Origin: Balanoglossus misakiensis
Lineage: Eukaryota > Animalia > Hemichordata
Direction of reading: 5' to 3'
Assembly: GCA_040954595.2 (NCBI GenBank)
Contig: CM082588.2
Span: 8,044,844 to 8,108,843 of the forward strand
Length of the DNA: 64,000 nt
Under the pieces are notes generated by a model. It had not been told where the DNA came from, did no database searches, and saw only the letters and a list, made by a program, of their open reading frames with translations. This document shows, in pieces, positions 57,301-64,000 of the stretch. Position numbers and translations under genes: made by a program. Positions within the stretch are counted from its first letter, which is position 1. Every line of letters begins with the position of its first letter.

Positions 57301-60300
57301 CAACAACAAGATATACAACAAGAAACATTTGAAGGTCATATCCAAGAAATACTGTTTTAACATTGTTTGTGGGTTAGGCCTACATAAAACCCATCATTGT
57401 AGTATTTGGTTTCAAACCCATTGCTCAAATACTGCACTTCTGAATCAGTTTTCCAATATCGCAGTGAGGGTATTCTGGATCGAAACATGTCTTTGAATTA
57501 GTTATCGCAAGGAAACTATTTTTTTCTATATTTGTTAAACGACCAGTACATATGTTAATCAATTTAAAGTAATAGATTCCTCAAAAGGCTGTAGTATGCG
57601 TGTGTGATTCCAATGACTTCAAAGTAAAATGTGAAAAACGAAAAACAAACAAACTGTAAACGCCCCAGGAGGCAACTCCCTTCACCCTTTTCCTATATTT
57701 TAACAGAAACTGACATTAATTTCCTGATGAGTATGGCGTTGGAGAAAATCGCGTTTCTCCCCTTCGGTTTGTTAATGGACTTGTGGCGGTGGGAAGTCTT
57801 CGAAGGAAAAGTGACAAAGGAAAATTACAACGAACGTTGGTGGCAGCTACGCACAGATTACCAAGGAGTGGTACCCCCTGTGCCCAGAAGTGATCTCGAC
57901 ATGGATTTTGATCCGGGCAGCAAATATCACATTCCAGCTAATACACCATATATTAGGTAAACAGTTTTGGTCAACGTCTCACAGACGCATGCGCCTCGAG
58001 GACAAATGGTCCACACAGCCTTTCAGTTCTTTGCTATAATAACGTGTGTGTAAACTGTAATAAGGTCATAGGTTAATCTTGTAGAAAAATGACCATTTGA
58101 CTATGACGTTTAAAGGATTAAAGGGACATCAGCTGTAACTTTTGACTTTATTTCTAGTATTTTTTATTGTGCGTATCGAACGAAATTTCTTGTTCTTCTC
58201 CAAACAGCATGTTAATATACCCAGTACCAACATAGCCAGTTTATGTGTAATGGACAGGACATGTTAACAATGGCATCGAAAAATATTTCACAATTTTTCC
58301 ATTTCTACCCACAGATATTTTGTGAGTTTTGTTATCCAGTTCCAATTTCACGAAGCACTCTGCAAAGCGGCCAACAACACCCGTAGTCTCCATCGCTGTG
58401 ATATCTATCGCTCGGAGGACGCTGGTAAACTCCTCAGGTATTCAAATCATCACTTTCTTGAAGAAACTTTAGCCCCAATAGCTGCCGCTTTTAACATATT
58501 TTATTATCTCGCGCTAGTCTCGTGATTTTCGAGATCTCGTCGGCCATAATGGTCTAACGCTTACTGTAGCTTGTATATTTAAAGCCACGCCATTTTGAAT
58601 TTGTGGAGTTTCTTATACCAATGTGCGCATACCACGATTTCTCTGTACTCTTGCAACGGGTATCTGACTAAATGGGTGTGGCACCCGTCTTTTAATTAAC
58701 CTTTTTTTTATATATAAATGTACAACCACACTGTCTTCTAGTTTTATCCTAACTCCAATTTGATGGATGTGTAACGCTGTACTAACAATATTAAACTAAA
58801 ACGCACAAGATTTCTTCACTCATTAATTTTGTCCTAATTAATGTTATACAGTGATATGTTGTCCCTTGGGGAAAGTTTACCGTGGCCGGATGCAATGGAG
58901 AGAATCACAGGCAAGCGGGAGATGGACGTCGGTCCCCTGATTGAATATTTCCAACCACTCACCGATTGGCTGACACAAATGAACGAGATGGAGGGCAACA
59001 TGGTTGGATGGGATAACCACTGGCGCCCTCCCGCGGATGAATGGATTCAACCACGTACGTTTGAACTGAGATTGGCCAGCCTGTCGGTTTCTTGTTCTTT
59101 AGACTGTCTCTTTCTCTAACACCTACTTTAAATAACAATGTCTGTCTGTTCTTTTGTCTGTTTGTTTGTTTGTTTACCGGTGCGCTGATTTTACTATACA
59201 ATTCTACTTGTATAATTATAAACGTTGATAAACGAATAATTTTGATAATGTTTCTCTTTTATTCTAGCCTGTGCCGCAAATGACGGAAGAGGCATCTGTG
59301 ATCAGATCTGTAATGAAGTTGACAATGGCTTTGAATGTTCTTGTTTCGATGGTTACGAACTGCACAGTGACGTCACAACTTGTGTTGGTATGTTTTGTGT
59401 TTTATCTATGATCCTACCTTTAGTATTCATAATAATAATCAGAAGTTCCTGTTATTTGCTGTTACACTTTAATGAGAACTTTCAATTATTTTCATTGTTA
59501 GATTTTGACGAGTGTAGCGCACTGAATCCATGTGAAAAAATATGTATCAATGACGAAGGAAGCTTCCACTGCGCATGTCCAGAGGGTGAAATCTTGTACA
59601 GTGACGGTGTTACATGTTTGGGTAAGGATTAGTCAGAGATTGCGGGGGGGGGGGGGTGATGACCACTTTAATTACGGAAGATTGGATGCTGCAATGTGCT
59701 ATAATTTCCCGGAAATTTAGGGAAAATAAGATTTCAATATAATCCCAAACCATTTCATAGAATGCAGAAAGATTTAGACTAATCCCAACTTACTACAGAC
59801 TGGAAGCAACTACATTGTATTGCCTTCCGCACATGGCCAGCCAGCCAACAACGATGACGACGACGGGTTGTGAAATCACACTTCAAAAACATTGAATCAA
59901 AAACCTTTTTGATGAAATTTAGAAAGCCATTTGACCACAGATAGTGAAAGAAATTAAACTGAATGTGCTTACCTATGCTGGAGTGATTTCGGGGTTTGCA
60001 GAGTTTGCGAGGCCACAATAACATGCGCAGTCCATCACAGTACCAACCAAACGAGAAAATCAGATACATTTACATATTGATCTCCATTTCTAATATTGCA
60101 GGTGAGGGTGACACTGTTGCCGATGAGCAGCTAGCTCTTGAATTTCTTGCAAAGTACAACGAAATGGCACAGGTTGTGTATTACGACCAGGTTTTGACCG
60201 AATGGGACTACCAGACGGACGTTGAGAATTCTGACAAACAAACGAAAATGGTAACCCACTTATCAGAGCCATTTTAAATTTTGCATTTGAGACAACTTGG

Positions 60301-63300
60301 CACAATTTTGCTCTTTTAATCAAAATTTTGCATGGTGACATCCAATTTCAATTGTTATTCTCAATTTTGAGACAGAATATAATTTAAAGTTACAATATAC
60401 TACAAATCAAAGGACTGTGGTTTTCTAGGCCCATTCTACCTTCACATGGTAATGTAAACATGTGACAATAAATGGGACAGTTTGTTGATATTTATAAAGA
60501 AAAAGTGTTAAAACACATCAATTTTCATATTACGTCACGCAATTATTTAACATTGTAGATTGAACAGAGTTTGATTACGTCAGCATTTGAACAAGAGGCG
60601 AGGGCGAATGCGTCGCGATTTGACAGAAGCGATTTCAGCTATGACACCAACAGACAACTGGAGAATTTGCTTTACATTGGGAAGTCGGCGTTAGAAGATA
60701 AAAGCGAATTACAGAAGGTAAATATACTCAGTGATGACGTCATTAATTTTAGGCGGGGGTGGTGGTAATAATGTTCAGAATTCATGGTTCTTACACCCTA
60801 GTTGAACGATAAAAATATCACGTGGTCGACAGAATTTCACAATAGGGAATTTCAGCGGCTGCCATGTTTAAAAAGAAAAGAAGAAAAAAAAGAGGTTCTA
60901 TGCTAACTATGCGTGCAAAGAGAGAACTTTTAGCTACAGAGATGTCATGTAATACAATTAATATAAAATCTTTTCGAATTCTTACTACAGTCAACTGTCG
61001 ACTTTCTTACCCACAATGCAATTACAGTACAACGTCAATTGATCGGAACAACGAACTTTGTCCACAAAAAAGTGACCTTCTCCCAAATTGCAGTGGCCCT
61101 CTCCTGGCCCTTATTTGACATAAATAGTCTTAGATGTAATCCAGACTGTGATATTCATCCTTCGTGAGAGTGATCACATAATAACAGTGTTGGTTTTTCA
61201 CAAACATTTTCACAGTACAACGAATTACAAGCCGAGATGGAAACTACCTACTCCACCGCCAAAGTCTGCGAGATGGATGACGAAACAATGTGCTATTCAC
61301 TAGAACCAGGTAGGTCACGTGATTTACCTTACACGTGCCTCAGTTCAGCAAATCACGACACAACATTATCGAACTATGTACATTGTTAATCCCTGTCATA
61401 TCACAGAAATGAGTCGGTGACTGTGTTCTCATTCTCCTGCAGACCTGGTCAACATCATGGCCAATGAACGGGATTACGACCGACTACTGTGGGCGTGGAA
61501 AGGATGGCGAGATGCCACTGGTCCTTACATGAAGGACTCCTACCAAGAGTTTGTTGACCTCTCCAACAAAGCAGCGGAGGCAAACGGTACTACACAATCA
61601 TATACTGTGTCATCATTTATGTGCAGTTTTGGGTGTAAATCAGTTGTATTAAAGGGACAAAGTCTCTCTCTCGCTGCCCTTTTTTCATTAATTATGTTTG
61701 ATACAAGACACCGTAAATATTATTCTACATGCGGAAAGTATATAGTGAACCAACGTTTGACACAACATCCCGTTTAGAGGATATGAGAGTAAAAATCTCG
61801 CCAAAATGAATAAACAGTAGAGACCGCTATTCATTTTGGCAAGTTTTTTACTCTTGTGTCTACAAGTGGGATGGAAGTTGTGTGTGGTTGAACGTTGATT
61901 CACTATATATCCATATGTAGAATAACATAAACTGTGACTTATCAAACATAAATAATGGGAGAGGGGCCGCGAGAGAAAGACTTTGTCCCTTTAAAAGCAA
62001 GAAAACTCAATGTTTGACACAGTAGCTTTGTACATACTTGCAATCAGTATAAAAATAATGTTAATTGTATATAGAAATTTCTTTTCGCGAAGAGTCTAAA
62101 GTCACTAATTCATTTTCCCTATTGTATGACATAAGACCAAGAGGATATGGGAGCCTATTGGCGCTCTTGGTATGAAGTGGACAATCTTGAGGCTGACGTC
62201 ATGGAACTCTGGGGTCAAATCCGTCCATTGTATGTGGAACTTCACGCTTATGTACGTAGAAGACTCACCCAGGTTTATGGAGCGGATAACGTGGATCTGA
62301 ATGGAGCAATTCCAGCTCATCTATTAGGTATAAACACATGTAAATCTTACCATGAGTTTTCCGATCAATAATCGCGATCATATCAAATCGATATTCCAAA
62401 GTTCATTGGTCAAATATACACAGTACTGCATGTAGTTGGAAAGAAAACCAGTCACAAAACACAGAACAGACATTAAACAAAACACACAGAACAAAGTCAA
62501 GTCCGTGAAAGAAAGGAATATGGACTTCCAGCGAAAAAAGTCCAGGACGAGAATGTATAATGTCACAAGTTTCGAAAATGGAAAAAGCGTCTTGACTCAC
62601 ACGTGGCACCTGCCATATATCAATCCCTAGCAACGGCCAACAAATTAAGGGAACAGTGGCTGAAATCATGTATTAGGGAAGAAAAATTAGGTACTTGGGT
62701 GGTTTGGTCTCTGTAGGTTTCAACATGAGCATCTCTCTGTCCGTCTGTCCTCCGTCCGAAAATGAGTCTCTTCTCCGTCCGAAAATGAGTCTGTCTGTCT
62801 GTCTGTCTGTCCTTCCGAAAGTGGGTCTTCCTTTCCTTCTCTCCCCGTATTTCTTCCCCTTTGCGTGTTCCTGGTTCAATCTGTTTCTACCCCTGTCTGT
62901 GTGTCCACTACTCTCTATGCAAATGAAACTCTTTGTGTCCTGTTCACCAGGTAACATGTGGGCACAGTCCTGGGGCAACATAATTGACCTCGTCGTACCG
63001 TATCCTGACAAACCATCCATTGACGTCACAGATGCATTAGTCGAACAGGTAACCAAGCAATGTTCACTTGTGACATTTAAAACCCAAATAGATGTCATTT
63101 TTTGCATATTTTTTACTCTATAAAATACTTCAATCCACTACTTATAATCTAGCATGCTACCATTTCCAGAATTATTCGGCGATAGACATCTTTAACCTGA
63201 CGGACAAGTTCTTCGTCGATCTTGGTATGGAAGCTGTTTCAGACTCGTTTTGGACAGACTCCATGTTGGAGAAGCCTGACGACCGAGAAGTTGTGTGCCA

Positions 63301-63944
63301 TGCCTCAGCCTGGGATTTTTACAACGGGAAAGACTTCAGGTATATCCCAAAACGTTCATTGAGAATCACAAACCTATTTCACAGCTGAGAGATATTTCAG
63401 GTATATCGCAAAAATCTCATTGAGATTGTTGCTGGCAGCCAAACCAGAAACTCTGGTTGCAAAAAGTGCATACAGTCAATGCCATTAAGGCAGTTTGCCG
63501 CCTAACAGCAGACAAAATGGCGGACACCATCGGAAAAGGACAACAAGTAGTGACAAAACTAAAGTCTGGATTGGACGTAATGTTTGTACACACGAAATTG
63601 TACACGCACATGCCCATAAGACGATCGTCTGCCTTTAATCGGCTATAGTCACGCGAAACCTCGCAAGGTCTCATGGGATTCGAGAAATGGTCTATTTATA
63701 TTTTTTTCTGCGATTAGAGTAAAGCAGTGCACGGAACCGACAATGGATCAACTCATCACAGCACACCACGAGATGGGGCACATCCAATACTTCTTGCAAT
63801 ACAAAGACCAGCCTGTAATGTACAGAGATGGTGCCAACCCAGGCTTTCACGAAGCTGTTGGTGACGTCATGGCCCTCTCGGTATCAACCCCAGAACATCT
63901 GAACAAGATTGGGCTGCTTGAGGACATCGACGAAAACGACTTTC
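51325..63944 (+). CDS. ACE: Angiotensin-converting enzyme-like zinc metallopeptidase (M2): domain 1 - EGF - cbEGF - domain 2 (runs past window end)
   Basis: Domain 1 exons 51325-51522, 53227-53382, 53828-53921, 54689-54832, 55142-55333, 55946-56043, 56398-56570, 56852-57075, 57707-57956, 58315-58437, 58852-59054. EGF exons 59268-59387, 59502-59621. Domain 2 exons 60102-60250, 60559-60717, 61216-61309, 61443-61586, 62136-62327, 62951-63048, 63170-63339, 63718-63944. Both domains have [35 protein letters not shown]. Confidence 0.95.
54515..54650. repeat. (TATAG)n then (TATTG)n microsatellite in ACE intron
   Basis: Directly visible pentamer run. Confidence 0.95.
55728..55920. repeat. (GAAT/GAAC)n microsatellite in ACE intron
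   Basis: Directly visible tetramer run. Confidence 0.95.
61653..61990. mobile_element. TTAA-flanked Kolobok-like MITE; partial copies ~7540-7775, ~10600-10721, ~38653-38897
   Basis: TTAA-AGGGACAAAGTCTCTCTCTCGC...GCGAGAGAAAGACTTTGTCCCT-TTAA; same end and internal sequence in three other introns. Confidence 0.85.
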
Positions 63945-64000
63945 GTAAGAAAATTGCAATTTTTATTATTCAGCAGAATCCGCCCAACTAGCAGAACCAC

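Noticed and set aside
60102-63944. Second ACE domain as a separate gene
   Set aside because: No start codon or signal peptide; it begins at a phase-compatible splice acceptor.

Overview
Intron-rich, AT-rich animal genomic DNA, probably a marine invertebrate (the EGF/TSP1, ACE and MITE repertoire suggests a deuterostome such as a hemichordate or amphioxus; inference only). Host genes, built by hand from GT-AG splice sites: two tandem minus-strand paralogues encoding secreted poly-Arg/TSP1/multi-EGF proteins (<1-1251; 5355-11113); a 3-exon histamine-N-methyltransferase-like gene (19124-21254); a type I membrane protein with tandem ependymin/LolA-like domains (37393-44507) lying head-to-head with a 4-TM MS4A/CD20-like gene (46002-48203); and an ACE gene (51325->64000) whose two peptidase M2 domains are separated by two in-frame EGF exons. 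From about 11.2 to 35 kb is a mobile-DNA-dense island. It holds nested MITEs with 9-bp target duplications, an orphan duplicated coiled-coil/NLS ORF, two ~1.4-kb direct repeats that each carry a Penelope-type minimal hammerhead ribozyme and a HECT fragment and that bracket the methyltransferase, a degraded AP-2-like/SAMD3-like gene, kinase C-lobe remnants, a hAT transposase fragment, and a compact 4-copy array of intronless ORFs resembling secreted peptide precursors (signal peptide, acidic spacer, RR-LLRWILKKF-GRR). No rRNA, tRNA or CRISPR was seen. All family assignments come from motif recognition, not database searches.
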